Assembly: GCA_041650835.1 (NCBI GenBank)
Contig: JBAZKL010000001.1
Coordinates: forward strand, 15,449 to 79,448
DNA length: 64,000 nt
Origin: Candidatus Omnitrophota bacterium
GTDB lineage: Bacteria > Omnitrophota > Gorgyraeia > Gygaellales > Profunditerraquicolaceae
Direction of reading: 5' to 3'
Of the stretch, positions 45,486 to 55,839 are shown piece by piece; the stretch's first letter is position 1; each line of letters begins with the position of its first letter. The notes below the pieces were generated by a model, which ran no database searches, had not been told where the DNA came from, and saw nothing but the letters and a program-made list of their open reading frames with translations. A program made the position numbers and the translations under genes.

Positions 45486-46781
45486 ATGCATTCCCTCATA
45501 AAACTGATCAAGAAAACATATACCATGGCGCGGCCGCAGGAAAGCAAGGTGGTCATAGATAATGCCGCCGCCCTTTCAACGCTGCAATTCATTACCTATA
45601 TCCTGCCTATAATCGTCCTGCCCTACCTCTTCAGGGTCATCGGGGCGGATAAATTCGGCCTGCTGGCTTTCGCGCAGGCCTTTGTCCAATACTTCATGAT
45701 ACTGATGGATTACGGATTTAACGTTTCCGCGACAAAAGAGATCTCCCTGTGCCGCGACAACCTCCCGAAAATGTCTAAAACATTCTCCGCGGTCATAATG
45801 ACAAAAGCCGTATTGATATGCATAAGCCTCTTACTCTTCTGCGTCACCGTCTTCTCTGTCCCGAAATTCAGGAGCGATTGGCCGGTTTATCTCTTTACGT
45901 TCGCCGGAGTGGTAGGAAACACGGTCTTTCCTACCTGGTTTTTCCAAGGAACGGAAAAAATGAAATATATCACGAATTTGAATATTGGCGGGGGGATATT
46001 GTTCGCGGGGTTGATCTTCATTTTTGTGCGCGGGCCCCGGGATTATCTCCTGGTGCCCTTTACCGGCTGCTGCGTGTACCTCCTGACCGGCATCTTTGGA
46101 CACATGATCGCCATAAAGAAATTCCGGCTTGTATTCTCATTCCAGGGATATAAACATATCGGAAAACATCTTAAGAGCAGCTGGGATATTTTTATTTCTA
46201 TCGCGGCCATCAACGTTTATACCGCCTCACGGGTATTTGCGATCGGCCTTTTGACCAACAATAACATCACCGGATACTATTCTATCGCCGAAAGGATCGC
46301 CAACGCCTGCCAAACATTCCCTTTAATATCTTTTTCCCAGGCGATCTTCCCCCGTTTAAGCCATATATTCCACAGGAACAAAACCAAAGCATTCCAAATA
46401 ATGGGCCATATACAACAGATCACGACTGCGATGTCCTTGATCAGCCTGCCGGTAGTCTTTATTCTATCGCCGTTGATCGTGGAATTTGTCTGCGGGAATG
46501 TCTACCGGGAAGCAGTCCTCTCCTTACGGATGCTGCTTATCTCGGTATTTTTTGTGCACGCGAATGCTTTTCGCGTGCAATTCTTACTGGTCAGCGGAAA
46601 AACCCGGCTTTATTCCCGGATACACGTCATCATGGCGATCCTGGGGCTTCCTTTGATCATTTTATTGATCTCTTCTTTTTCCTATACGGGAGCGGCAGCC
46701 GCGACAATTGCCATCGAATCCGGGATCTTCGTCATCACTTATATTGCCGTAAAAAACCTGCCGTTTCACAACTCACCTTAA
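45486..46781 (+). CDS. Wzx-like polysaccharide flippase (MOP superfamily)
   Basis: ~12 TM, 431 aa, polysaccharide-biosynthesis-protein pattern; start uncertain (alternative Met at 45525); one of three plus-strand genes. Confidence 0.6.
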   Translation: MHSLIKLIKKTYTMARPQESKVVIDNAAALSTLQFITYILPIIVLPYLFRVIGADKFGLLAFAQAFVQYFMILMDYGFNVSATKEISLCRDNLPKMSKTFSAVIMTKAVLICISLLLFCVTVFSVPKFRSDWPVYLFTFAGVVGNTVFPTWFFQGTEKMKYITNLNIGGGILFAGLIFIFVRGPRDYLLVPFTGCCVYLLTGIFGHMIAIKKFRLVFSFQGYKHIGKHLKSSWDIFISIAAINVYTASRVFAIGLLTNNNITGYYSIAERIANACQTFPLISFSQAIFPRLSHIFHRNKTKAFQIMGHIQQITTAMSLISLPVVFILSPLIVEFVCGNVYREAVLSLRMLLISVFFVHANAFRVQFLLVSGKTRLYSRIHVIMAILGLPLIILLISSFSYTGAAAATIAIESGIFVITYIAVKNLPFHNSP

Positions 46782-46808
46782 AACGCCCGGCACAATACGG
46801 ATATATCC

Positions 46809-49187
46809 TTAAACTTTCATGGTAAGGGTGACCTTTGTGCCATGTTTACTCTCAACACGTAAGCTGCCGAGCTCTTTGGCTAATACCCGTATCAATTCCA
46901 TTCCAAGTGTTTTAACCTGATCAACTTCGAAATGGAGAGGCAACCCGACGCCGTTATCAGCGACAGTAAGCGCCAATTCACCGGCTGCGTTACGATTTAA
47001 CCCGACGGAGATCTCACCACGGCGCTCACCCGGGAAAGCGTACTTAAAAGCGTTAGTAACCAATTCATTAATGATCAACCCGCAATTTACCGTTTTGTCT
47101 ATTCCCAGATCTATCCCTTTAACGATATCGATCGTGATCCTTACTCTGCCATTGCTTATGTTAAAGGATCGCATGATACTTTTTACCAGGTCAGAAACAT
47201 ACTCCTCAAAATCGATCTTTCCCAGATCGCGCGATTGATACAATTTCTGATGGACGAGCGCTATCGCGTTAACCCGCACCTGGCTTTCTTTCAGGATAGC
47301 CTTCATATTCGCGTTCGTGACCTTCTCCGCCTGAAGGTTTACCAGGCTGCTGATAATTTGCAGGTTGTTTTTCACGCGGTGATTGACCTCCTGCAGCAAT
47401 ATTTCTTTTTCCCGCAGCGCTGCCTTAATCTTTTCTTCAGCTATCCTGCGTTCAGTATTATCCCAGGCAATTCCGATTATTCTCACGGCCGTTCCTTCTT
47501 TATCACAAACCAGCCTCCCGCGCGCGCTTATATGCCTGAGGCTTCCATCAGGCAAACTCACGCGGTATTCCGACTCATACGGCAAACCTTTTTTTAAAGT
47601 ATCCGCTAACGAGGCCTTGACTTTCGGCAGGTCATCAGGGAAAACAACTCCGAAAAATTCAGCCGCGGACCCTTTAAACGCGGCAGGGTCGATCCCTAAA
47701 AGACTGCATACTTGATCGTCGAAAACGCGCTTATTCTCAACGATATCAAAATGCCATACACCCATCTGAGCCGCGTTCAACGCCAGGTCCAATTTTGCCT
47801 TATTCGCGAATAAGGCTTCCTCCGCTAATTTTCGCTCGGTAATGACATCGAATATAGCCACAAAATGCCCCGGGTGAGGACAATAGACAGAGATGGAAAA
47901 CCAACTCTTTAAAGTTTTTAGATAGAACTCAAAATTTTCAGAGCCGCCTCTCTGCGCTACCCGGCCATAGATCTGCAAGAGCCCGGGATCATTTTCCCTT
48001 ATACCCGGAATAACTTCACTTACCTTCTTTCCAAGCACATTTTTTAGCCCGGTTAAAGCCTTAAAGGCCTCATTCACTGCCAGGTAGATAAAATCCCGGG
48101 GTGTTCCATCCGCGTCAAACAGCATTTTGCAATACGCAAAGCCATGGCGCATATTATTAAAAAGAGACCGATAGCGCTGCTCGCTCTCACGAAGCGCGTC
48201 ATCAACGCGCAGTTTAGCCAAACCCACAGAAAGATAACCCGACAAATGCTCCCAAAAAGCAATGCTTTCAGCGCTGAACATTCCTTTACGCCGGCTGTTT
48301 AACTGCAGCAACCCCAAGCGCTCATTACCGGCGCGTAACGGCAACAAAGCCACTGATTCATAGCCTTCTCCATTGCAACGGTTACGTGTACGCGCCTGGC
48401 GGTCAGCTTCAGTCGTGCTCGCCAATAACTCTGAAGTAGAATTAGTCCAAAAACTGCCGCCTCCCGTGAAAAAAGGCTTAGACTCATCAATGCGGCCGCA
48501 AATAACATTACCGCACATACACTCGATCACAGGATTACCGGAGCTCTCGCGAATAAGCTCTCCCGCGGCATCCCGGCTGCAGAGTGAATTTTCCAACAAC
48601 ACGAATTGAGCGGGAAAACCGCGCGTTTCAAAATAAGGAAAATCTTCCCCGTCGCGCAAACGCACCCCGACCGCCTCGCATCCGGACTGCCGGAGAAAGA
48701 AAATAACCACGTCATGGATCAACTCTTGCGCGCTCTTACTTCCATTAATTATCCTTAACATCTCTAACGCGGCTTCTTGTTCACGTTCTATACGCTTATT
48801 TTCGGTTATATCGCGGGCAACGCAAAAAAGCCCGATCACCGAACCATTCTTGTCGAACAAGGGGCCTTTAGTAGAATTAAATACCCTGCGCCGGCCATCC
48901 GCAGTAGTAACCTGCTCCTCACAAGTCAAGCCCTGAGCGCTTTCCATAACTTGTTTGTCGTGCGCCATCACTATTTGAGCTTCTTCAGGCGCCAAGATAA
49001 AAGTATCGTCATGCCCGACGATTTCAGACGCTTCCTTACCGAGAGAACAGCTCCCGACGCTATTTAAAAGGATATATCTCCCTTTTAGATCCTTGAGGAA
49101 CACCGCGTCTAAGGAACCTTCCACAATAGAGTCAAAACAATGCTTACTTTCCCGTAAGGACTCTTCAGCTCGCACCTGAGCGGTCAC
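46809..49187 (-). CDS. PAS/GAF/PAS sensor histidine kinase (HisKA_2-type). Probably the C-terminal 793 codons of a single frameshifted gene (see 49202..50446)
   Basis: GTG-initiated frame; multiple PAS/PAC, a GAF, HRVKNNLQIISSLVNLQ H-box, HATPase_c. Upstream of the GTG in the same frame reads KGNIDGLIGYFKNVTAQVRAEESL, completing the PAC motif of the upstream ORF. Confidence 0.7.
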   Translation of the reverse strand: MTAQVRAEESLRESKHCFDSIVEGSLDAVFLKDLKGRYILLNSVGSCSLGKEASEIVGHDDTFILAPEEAQIVMAHDKQVMESAQGLTCEEQVTTADGRRRVFNSTKGPLFDKNGSVIGLFCVARDITENKRIEREQEAALEMLRIINGSKSAQELIHDVVIFFLRQSGCEAVGVRLRDGEDFPYFETRGFPAQFVLLENSLCSRDAAGELIRESSGNPVIECMCGNVICGRIDESKPFFTGGGSFWTNSTSELLASTTEADRQARTRNRCNGEGYESVALLPLRAGNERLGLLQLNSRRKGMFSAESIAFWEHLSGYLSVGLAKLRVDDALRESEQRYRSLFNNMRHGFAYCKMLFDADGTPRDFIYLAVNEAFKALTGLKNVLGKKVSEVIPGIRENDPGLLQIYGRVAQRGGSENFEFYLKTLKSWFSISVYCPHPGHFVAIFDVITERKLAEEALFANKAKLDLALNAAQMGVWHFDIVENKRVFDDQVCSLLGIDPAAFKGSAAEFFGVVFPDDLPKVKASLADTLKKGLPYESEYRVSLPDGSLRHISARGRLVCDKEGTAVRIIGIAWDNTERRIAEEKIKAALREKEILLQEVNHRVKNNLQIISSLVNLQAEKVTNANMKAILKESQVRVNAIALVHQKLYQSRDLGKIDFEEYVSDLVKSIMRSFNISNGRVRITIDIVKGIDLGIDKTVNCGLIINELVTNAFKYAFPGERRGEISVGLNRNAAGELALTVADNGVGLPLHFEVDQVKTLGMELIRVLAKELGSLRVESKHGTKVTLTMKV

Positions 49188-49201
49188 ATTCTTGAAATAC
49201 C

Positions 49202-50446
49202 CTATAAGGCCGTCAATATTCCCTTTTTATCGCGTTTCGGTATATATGTCCCATCGAAACACTCTGCTTCCCCATGGGCGGATTTCAAAGATAAGAGCAC
49301 ATGCTCCGGGACTCCGGACGCAAGCACGTTCTTTTTTATTTTTGTCAGCCGCTCTGCCTCTTCAAAAGAAAGGATATCATAATCAGTATTGCCGATTATT
49401 TTCTGCGTTGTTAAACCCAACTGCGGGTTAAGCACCCAAAGATACCTCAATTCCTTATCCTGGACAAGGACATGGTCAGGAGTGTTAAGGGATATTGTTT
49501 TAAAACGCTCTTCACTATCTTCCAACGCTTGACGGATCCGCTTCTGCTCCGTAAAAACAACCGCGGTCAATAATCCTATCAAAGCAACAATACCGGTGAA
49601 TAACATTGCTAAAGCTGAAGGGAAAAAAGAGCTTGGAATAGCGGAACCGGGAAGATTATATAACCGGGCGGCTTGAGCCCCATAAAAAAAAGCGAATATA
49701 ACGCTTGCCGCTGAAGCTATCGATAACCCGTATCTGAACGCGGACCATAGAATAAATGGAATAACCAAATACCCTAAATTCAGGCCATAACGGTGATTTC
49801 CCGCAAACAAAAACCAACAAAATATAAAAAATACCGATAAAAAAACGGCCCTTTCCACAAAGTTTAAAAAACCTTTTTTAAAATAATTGGGATTTACGGG
49901 TAAGCGGACCGAGATAAACAGCGGGACAAATAACAATATGCTCAGGAAATCAGAGCTCCACCACAAAAACCAGGTGTTCCAATAATTATGGCTCTTCAAG
50001 AAGAACTTCAACGCAAAAGCTCCCAGGGAAGCGCTCAAAGAGGTGCTCAGAATAGCCGCGTAAAGCAACAATCCTGTAGCTTCTTTTAAAGTTGCTAAGG
50101 TAAAATTTTTGCTTACAAAACGCCTTAATAACCATGCGGCACTGAGAGCTTCCAGCACATTACCTGAAGCAAACAATAAAGCAACTTTTAATTCTTGCCC
50201 GCTATAAAGATCAAATAACAAATTCGCGCTGAACGCTGCTAAGGCCACCCAAGACCAACGCTTACTGCCGGTTTTTAAAAGAACAGCCAAAAATAAACCA
50301 CTGGGTATCCAGAAATTAACAAATCCCGCTGAATGTAAAGAAATAAACCGCCCTGAAAGCGCGCTTAAAAAATATCCTATTTGAAAAAGCGCTAATTTTA
50401 AGGCAAATTCCCCTGTTTCCGGTATATTATTTCTTTTTAAAACCAT
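49202..50446 (-). CDS. N-terminal part of the same sensor kinase: MASE-like 8-10 TM sensor domain + PAS; ends at a frameshift in a T5 run (49224-49228)
   Basis: Polytopic membrane domain then PAS (ERFKTISLNTPDHVLVQDKE...) terminating ...KRDKKGILTAL*. A +1 shift in the A5/T5 run gives ...KRDKKGNIDGLIGYFKNVTAQVRAEESL, continuous with the next ORF. Confidence 0.65.
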   Translation of the reverse strand: MVLKRNNIPETGEFALKLALFQIGYFLSALSGRFISLHSAGFVNFWIPSGLFLAVLLKTGSKRWSWVALAAFSANLLFDLYSGQELKVALLFASGNVLEALSAAWLLRRFVSKNFTLATLKEATGLLLYAAILSTSLSASLGAFALKFFLKSHNYWNTWFLWWSSDFLSILLFVPLFISVRLPVNPNYFKKGFLNFVERAVFLSVFFIFCWFLFAGNHRYGLNLGYLVIPFILWSAFRYGLSIASAASVIFAFFYGAQAARLYNLPGSAIPSSFFPSALAMLFTGIVALIGLLTAVVFTEQKRIRQALEDSEERFKTISLNTPDHVLVQDKELRYLWVLNPQLGLTTQKIIGNTDYDILSFEEAERLTKIKKNVLASGVPEHVLLSLKSAHGEAECFDGTYIPKRDKKGILTAL

Positions 50447-50812
50447 TTATTATTGATCAGGCTATGCATAAAGTTTTTTCCAGACAAATGCTGAACCGCT
50501 ATTTCCAGCTTATACCCTATTCTATTCCTTATTTAGAGCAAGTAAAGCCAAATAAAAGGATTATTTTGCTCATTTAAGCCTTCATTGAAATCACAAAAAT
50601 AAACACATTATTTCACATTAATCTCCCGGCATGATTACGCATATCCCTAAGGACAGGTGCGCGGTTTTGTAAAACCAGATGGAGCTTAAATTGAAAACAA
50701 GAGACCGCGTTCATTTACGAATGGCGCGAATATTGATGTATTTTTTATCTTTATGGCGTCTTTGAGCGGCATGGCAGGGACTTGCGCGGGGGGATATTCA
50801 GAGATTTAAGAT

Positions 50813-51235
50813 TTAGCCTTTTTTCACAAAATCAAAATACACGGCAATGATAAGGGCAAGCGCTGACGAAACAAAGATCAACAAATAATTGATCCGGTCT
50901 TTATGTGAGCTCATGGCGCAAAGGATAGAACCGATAAGCCGGCGGTCCTCCTGAGAGATGCGCTCTGCCTGAGACAGCTTATCCATAAGCTTTTGTTTAA
51001 CGATAAGCTTATAGCGCGCCCGTTCGATCTTGTATTTATAAACAAAAAAAACAAAAAATCCGACTACACCGATATACCAGGCGATCTGCCCGTAGAGCGG
51101 ATTGATATGCACCAGGACCGTCACTATCCGCACCGCGATGGTAGCGATCACGCCGATAATGAAAAAGAACCATGAAGCGGAATCTTCTTTACATCTTTTA
51201 TATTCGGAACACGCGGCGCACTTGCGGACGGGCAT
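50813..51235 (-). CDS. hypothetical small membrane protein with N-terminal Cys cluster
   Basis: CAACSEYKRC then 3 predicted TM; 140 aa; no family recognised. Confidence 0.35.
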   Translation of the reverse strand: MPVRKCAACSEYKRCKEDSASWFFFIIGVIATIAVRIVTVLVHINPLYGQIAWYIGVVGFFVFFVYKYKIERARYKLIVKQKLMDKLSQAERISQEDRRLIGSILCAMSSHKDRINYLLIFVSSALALIIAVYFDFVKKG

Positions 51236-51326
51236 AGAAAATCTCTTTCTTAAAATAAATTCACCCTGAATGACCGCCGTATAATATTTACGGCCGGATC
51301 AGCTGAGGCATGAGTAACGATACTCT

Positions 51327-52118
51327 TTAAGGGCATCTTTGAGCCATGATATCCTGAGCAGTTACGTGCGGGTGCGTATAACGCTTTTTGCCGAGGGTAG
51401 AATTTTTATACTGGATGGCTGCTGCCGGGCACCATTGAAGGCATGCCATACAATGCTGACAATGCGTCAGCCATACAGGCAAATTATTGCGCATCTCAAT
51501 ATTGGCTACCGGGCAAACCTGCGCGCAGAGCCCGCAGCGAGTACAAGCGTCAGTAACCCAGAAACCCTTAGCTGAAAGCGGGATCTGGCGGGAGCCGGGC
51601 CGGTATAATAACGCGTAAAGCAGGAAATTCGGCAAAAAAGGCTTTTCCTCAATGATACCGGCTTCTTTCCCCCTTACTTTCATCGCGATCTCTTTTACCC
51701 TTATCTTTTCTTGCTGAAATTCCCGGTCCTGCTGCTCCCGAGAGATCGCTCCATAAAGCGGGGTATAATTTCCGGGCATAAGCACAGAAAACCCCGAGGA
51801 AAGCGCGATACCGCGCTTTTGCAGGATTTTTTTCGCCTGGCTATGCGCCCTCCCCGGCATGCCTCCTAATGTCGCAACGCTAAACACATACGTCCCCGGA
51901 AGTATTTTCACCTTCCTCAAGAAATCAGCGACCAGAAGCGGTAAACCGAACATATATACGGGAAATACAATACCGACTGCCTCTGCCGTGTTTTCTTTGT
52001 CCGCCCTCAATGCTTGAGTTATCGGGACGAGGTCAACAGCGCCTATTTCCCGAACGAGATCTTTGGCGACGGCCAATGAGTTTCCCGTCGCTGAAAAATA
52101 ATAAATAATCGTTTTCAT
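51327..52118 (-). CDS. flavodoxin-like domain fused to 4Fe-4S dicluster ferredoxin domain
   Basis: N-terminal flavodoxin fold (MKTIIYYFSATGNS); C-terminal CTRCGLCAQVCP and CQHCMACLQWCP. Confidence 0.7.
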   Translation of the reverse strand: MKTIIYYFSATGNSLAVAKDLVREIGAVDLVPITQALRADKENTAEAVGIVFPVYMFGLPLLVADFLRKVKILPGTYVFSVATLGGMPGRAHSQAKKILQKRGIALSSGFSVLMPGNYTPLYGAISREQQDREFQQEKIRVKEIAMKVRGKEAGIIEEKPFLPNFLLYALLYRPGSRQIPLSAKGFWVTDACTRCGLCAQVCPVANIEMRNNLPVWLTHCQHCMACLQWCPAAAIQYKNSTLGKKRYTHPHVTAQDIMAQRCP

Positions 52119-52306
52119 GATCTTGCCCCTTTCATGCTCAAGGCACCCTTATCATTACCGGGTCAATAAATGCCCCGGGGGCGGAATTTCGAAACTCTTT
52201 TTATTTTAGCCTTGAAAACCGTTAAAGGCAATATAATCTTTTACGTGCCCCCGCCATCCATAACAGGGAGCGCTAAGCCGCAAGGGTAAGGCCGCACCTG
52301 CTTAAA

Positions 52307-52345
52307 AAACAATTGTAACATTTCACATACTATTATATTATTATA
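52307..52345 (+). promoter_or_regulatory. candidate sigma70 promoter for amidinotransferase gene
   Basis: TTGTAA-17 nt-TATTAT(TATAAT) ~50 nt upstream of GGAGGAGG SD. Confidence 0.35.
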
Positions 52346-52393
52346 ATACATACACCGTTGAATACCGTGAGAATACTTCCGGAGGAGGACGCA

Positions 52394-53470
52394 ATGCCCG
52401 TTAATGTTTTTACCGAATGGGGGCCTTTAAAAGAAATTATCATAGGCAATAGCATTAACTTTAACATGAAGGGTTTCGACGAAGTCTTTGCCTACCTTTA
52501 CCGCGACCAGATAAATCAGCTCAAAGGCTCACGGAAATCCCCTCCCCTGATAAACCGCCAATTCACCCAGGAACGCCAGGAAGACCTGGATAATTTCGCC
52601 AACACCCTCACCAAGGAAGGAATAACGGTAAAACGGCCCAAACAACTCGTGAGGGCGTCTTTTATTAAAACGCCATACTTTAAAGCTATGGTAAACGCGC
52701 TCGACGCCCCTCGAGACACATTTTTGTGTATCGGCAATGAAATAATCGAAACTCCGCCCACCAACAGGAACAGGTATTTCGAAGGATTGATGCTCAGGGA
52801 AGTTTTTATGGATTATTTCAGAAGCGGGGCGCGCTGGACCCTGGCCCCCCGCTCCAGACTGACAATGGAAAGCATGGACACCAGACACTGGAGCAAAGTA
52901 AGGACGCTTCACGCATTAAAAAATATCGAAGGGCATTTCGATATCGCCTTCGACGCGGCCAATTGCCTGAAATTCGGAAAAGATATCCTCATGAATGTCG
53001 GGAACAAAAACCATGAACTCGGCGCCATCTGGCTGCAGCGGCACCTCGGGAACACCTTTAAAATACATCCCGTCAGGGTCTGCGACTGGCATATTGATGG
53101 AAGCATTATGCCTTTAAAAGAAGGCGTTTTACTCATCAACCCGAACATGAAAAAAAGATTGCGGCTTTTGCCTAAACCCCTGCAAAAATGGCGGACCATT
53201 GAAGGCCTTGACGAAAGTAAAGGCAGCTTTGATTACCCCCCCAGCCACCGCCAGCTGGCAAGCTTTAACGGAATGAGCATCAACGTATTATCGATAAATG
53301 AAACTACCGTCTGCGTGCGGACAGTGGATCAACTCCTCAGGAACAGGCTGGAAAAAGCGGGATTTACGGTAATACCGGTACAAATGAGGCACTGCGAACT
53401 TTTTGGAGGCGGGTTACACTGCATCAGCCTCGATGTAAACCGTGACGAATCTTTAGCAAAACACTGGTAA
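52394..53470 (+). CDS. amidinotransferase-superfamily enzyme (glycine/inosamine amidinotransferase-like)
   Basis: Start at MPVNVFTEW preceded by GGAGGAGG-5 nt; C-terminal catalytic Cys motif FGGGLHCISLDVNR matching GGxxHCxTxDxxR of amidinotransferases. Confidence 0.65.
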   Translation: MPVNVFTEWGPLKEIIIGNSINFNMKGFDEVFAYLYRDQINQLKGSRKSPPLINRQFTQERQEDLDNFANTLTKEGITVKRPKQLVRASFIKTPYFKAMVNALDAPRDTFLCIGNEIIETPPTNRNRYFEGLMLREVFMDYFRSGARWTLAPRSRLTMESMDTRHWSKVRTLHALKNIEGHFDIAFDAANCLKFGKDILMNVGNKNHELGAIWLQRHLGNTFKIHPVRVCDWHIDGSIMPLKEGVLLINPNMKKRLRLLPKPLQKWRTIEGLDESKGSFDYPPSHRQLASFNGMSINVLSINETTVCVRTVDQLLRNRLEKAGFTVIPVQMRHCELFGGGLHCISLDVNRDESLAKHW

Positions 53471-53521
53471 TTACACAAAACTCAAGGCCGCAGCGAGCCT
53501 CAATGCTTATAAAACCTAAGC

Positions 53522-55741
53522 TCATTTCACGCGCAAAACGCTGAAGAAATTCACGTACTGATCGGTCCAGGAGGCAATATCTCTTTTCTCTGCCCGCCAT
53601 GAAGACAACCAATAACATTCATCGACTAAATATTCATATATACTTTTATCCCTGCAAACTGCTATCCAGAGCGCCATATCCGCGTCGGGATGCACTGCTT
53701 CATCATTAGCCTTCAAACAAACATAAAAACCCGAATCCCTCGCCGCGCGCGCGATCACAGGCCTGAGGTCAAAGACGCAATTAGAAGCGTGCAGAAGCAA
53801 CAAGCCGTCATATCTAAGCACTCTCATATATTCTTCTATGGCTTCCCGGGTCAAAAGATGGACCGGTATTACCCCGCTGCTAAAAGCGTCTATGACAAGT
53901 AGATCGTAAAAGTTATCCCGGACTTGACGCAGTAAAACCCTGCCGTCGCCAAACTTAAATTTAAGCACAGCGCCTTTTTCCCGGGCAAGCCGTAAATAAC
54001 TGAAATAACGCTCCGCCACCGCTAAATTATCGGGATCAAGTTCATAGATAGACAATGACTGCCCCGCCCCCATATACGCGGCTGTCGCCCCTGTACCCAA
54101 GCCGACCATAGCGGCATTACTGAATTTAAACCGGCGGTCCCGCAGCAATTCTCCGAGAGGAGTGGTCGGATGATAATAGGAAAGCGGCGTGTTGACCAGC
54201 GGGCCGCTGAGATACTGCCGTCCATGCAGCGTAGTTCCGTGCTTCAGGTGGCGCTCACCGTCCTTATCCATGATCAGATAAACCCCATAATAATTTCTCA
54301 GCCTTATTTTCTTCTGTGAACCGGAAGAAAATTGCTCTACCCACTGCGCGCAAACGATAACCGAGGCCAAAACACATACCGTAGGGATGAATTTAGCTGA
54401 AGTAACGCGTAAAACCAGAAAAACACAAAAAGCCGCGACAACAAAGATCGTGTGACTGCGCGCCTTAAAGAAATGCTCCGCCGCCTGAGGGAATACAATC
54501 AAAGCGATAATTACAGCCAGGCTCCCGAGGGCCGCCGGCGCGGCTGTTTTCGAAAAACCGCCGCGCTTATAAAACTTACCCGACAAACCAAGAGCGACTG
54601 CCGCAAGCAAAAAAGAAGCGGGATACTCGACAAAAAAAGTATTAAAACACGGGATCACCATCCCGACCAGGAAACTTCCCGCGAAACCTCCCGCGGCGAT
54701 CGACGAATAAAACAGGGTCAATCCCCTTCCGGAAGGCTTAAGCTCCGCCAGGGTGCCATGACAATTCAAACAAATAACGAACAATACCCCTAACAGCAGA
54801 AATAATGTTATTACGACAGGAAACCCGATAAGCAGTAAACTCGCTAAATACAAACTAATGCCCAGGGGAAGCGCCCAGGTAAAAAGCGCTTTAGCCCATC
54901 GGGGATACCAGGGCTTGCGCTTAAATACCAGTATAAAAGTCAACAGGTAAATAGATAACGGGATCGCCCACAAAAAAGTAACAGAGGCTATATCAAAAGT
55001 GATCACGTTCGTGATCGCCAAAAGCGTAAAACTCCCCGCCAAACTCAACAAAAAACAGTTCAGCGTGCGCGGCAGCTCCTGCCTGTCCAGGGAAAAAGCC
55101 TCAACGTTGTGCTCCCTCTCACTCATCCGCCGAGGCAGGCAAAGTATGTGTAAAACAACAACTACCAAGTATCCTGCCCACCAGATATATCCCTGCCGGG
55201 TAAGGGTGAAAAATGGTTCAAAGAAAACAGGATAGGTTAAAAGCCCAAGCATTGCCCCGAAGTTCGAAGCGCTATAAAGGACATACGGATTATCCCTGTC
55301 GGGGATATCAGAGGCGTAAAACCAGCTTTGCAGCAGCAGGCTGGCGGTAGAAAGGACAAAAAACGGCAAGCCCGCGAACATAAGCAGGCGAAAGAATACA
55401 ATTGCCGCGAGAGGAAAACCGGACACAGAGCCGGTTAACTCATTGAAGCGGTAGGGAAAAGCTAAGAACGGAAGCAGAAGCGCTATTACATGCCAACGGG
55501 CATACCTGGTTATGCCTATTGCGCGTTGAACATTATGAGCGTAAAGATACCCCAAAAGCAGTACTGCCTGAAAGAACACTACCGAGGCAGCCCAGACTGA
55601 ATAACTGCCGCCGAATCCCGGGAGCATCGCCTTAGTAAGCATAAGCTCAACCTGGAATAATAAGAACCCGCTTAAAAAAACAGCGCACCGGAACAACCAG
55701 ATCATTTTCATAATATTTCTTTCTATCTTCGTAGAAATCAA
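53522..55741 (-). CDS. polytopic membrane domain fused to spermidine-synthase-like (aminopropyltransferase-fold) domain
   Basis: ~12 TM N-terminal half; C-terminal half has Rossmann MTase/aminopropyltransferase motifs (VGLGTGATAAY, VIDAFSSGVIPVHLLTREAIEEY). Confidence 0.6.
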   Translation of the reverse strand: MISTKIERNIMKMIWLFRCAVFLSGFLLFQVELMLTKAMLPGFGGSYSVWAASVVFFQAVLLLGYLYAHNVQRAIGITRYARWHVIALLLPFLAFPYRFNELTGSVSGFPLAAIVFFRLLMFAGLPFFVLSTASLLLQSWFYASDIPDRDNPYVLYSASNFGAMLGLLTYPVFFEPFFTLTRQGYIWWAGYLVVVVLHILCLPRRMSEREHNVEAFSLDRQELPRTLNCFLLSLAGSFTLLAITNVITFDIASVTFLWAIPLSIYLLTFILVFKRKPWYPRWAKALFTWALPLGISLYLASLLLIGFPVVITLFLLLGVLFVICLNCHGTLAELKPSGRGLTLFYSSIAAGGFAGSFLVGMVIPCFNTFFVEYPASFLLAAVALGLSGKFYKRGGFSKTAAPAALGSLAVIIALIVFPQAAEHFFKARSHTIFVVAAFCVFLVLRVTSAKFIPTVCVLASVIVCAQWVEQFSSGSQKKIRLRNYYGVYLIMDKDGERHLKHGTTLHGRQYLSGPLVNTPLSYYHPTTPLGELLRDRRFKFSNAAMVGLGTGATAAYMGAGQSLSIYELDPDNLAVAERYFSYLRLAREKGAVLKFKFGDGRVLLRQVRDNFYDLLVIDAFSSGVIPVHLLTREAIEEYMRVLRYDGLLLLHASNCVFDLRPVIARAARDSGFYVCLKANDEAVHPDADMALWIAVCRDKSIYEYLVDECYWLSSWRAEKRDIASWTDQYVNFFSVLRVK

Positions 55742-55839
55742 GAGCCCTAAAATATTCCGGGCTCATGAAAAACCGCTCGACGCTCGATCGTCGAGGATAT
55801 AATCGCCAAACGCCCTTTTACACCGGGCGCGAACAGATG

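Noticed and set aside
50447-50812. 366-nt intergenic region upstream of the sensor kinase as a possible ncRNA or small-protein locus
   Set aside because: Only short ATG-initiated frames without SD (24-28 aa) and weak, short palindromes. Nothing beyond a long 5' leader or promoter region can be supported.
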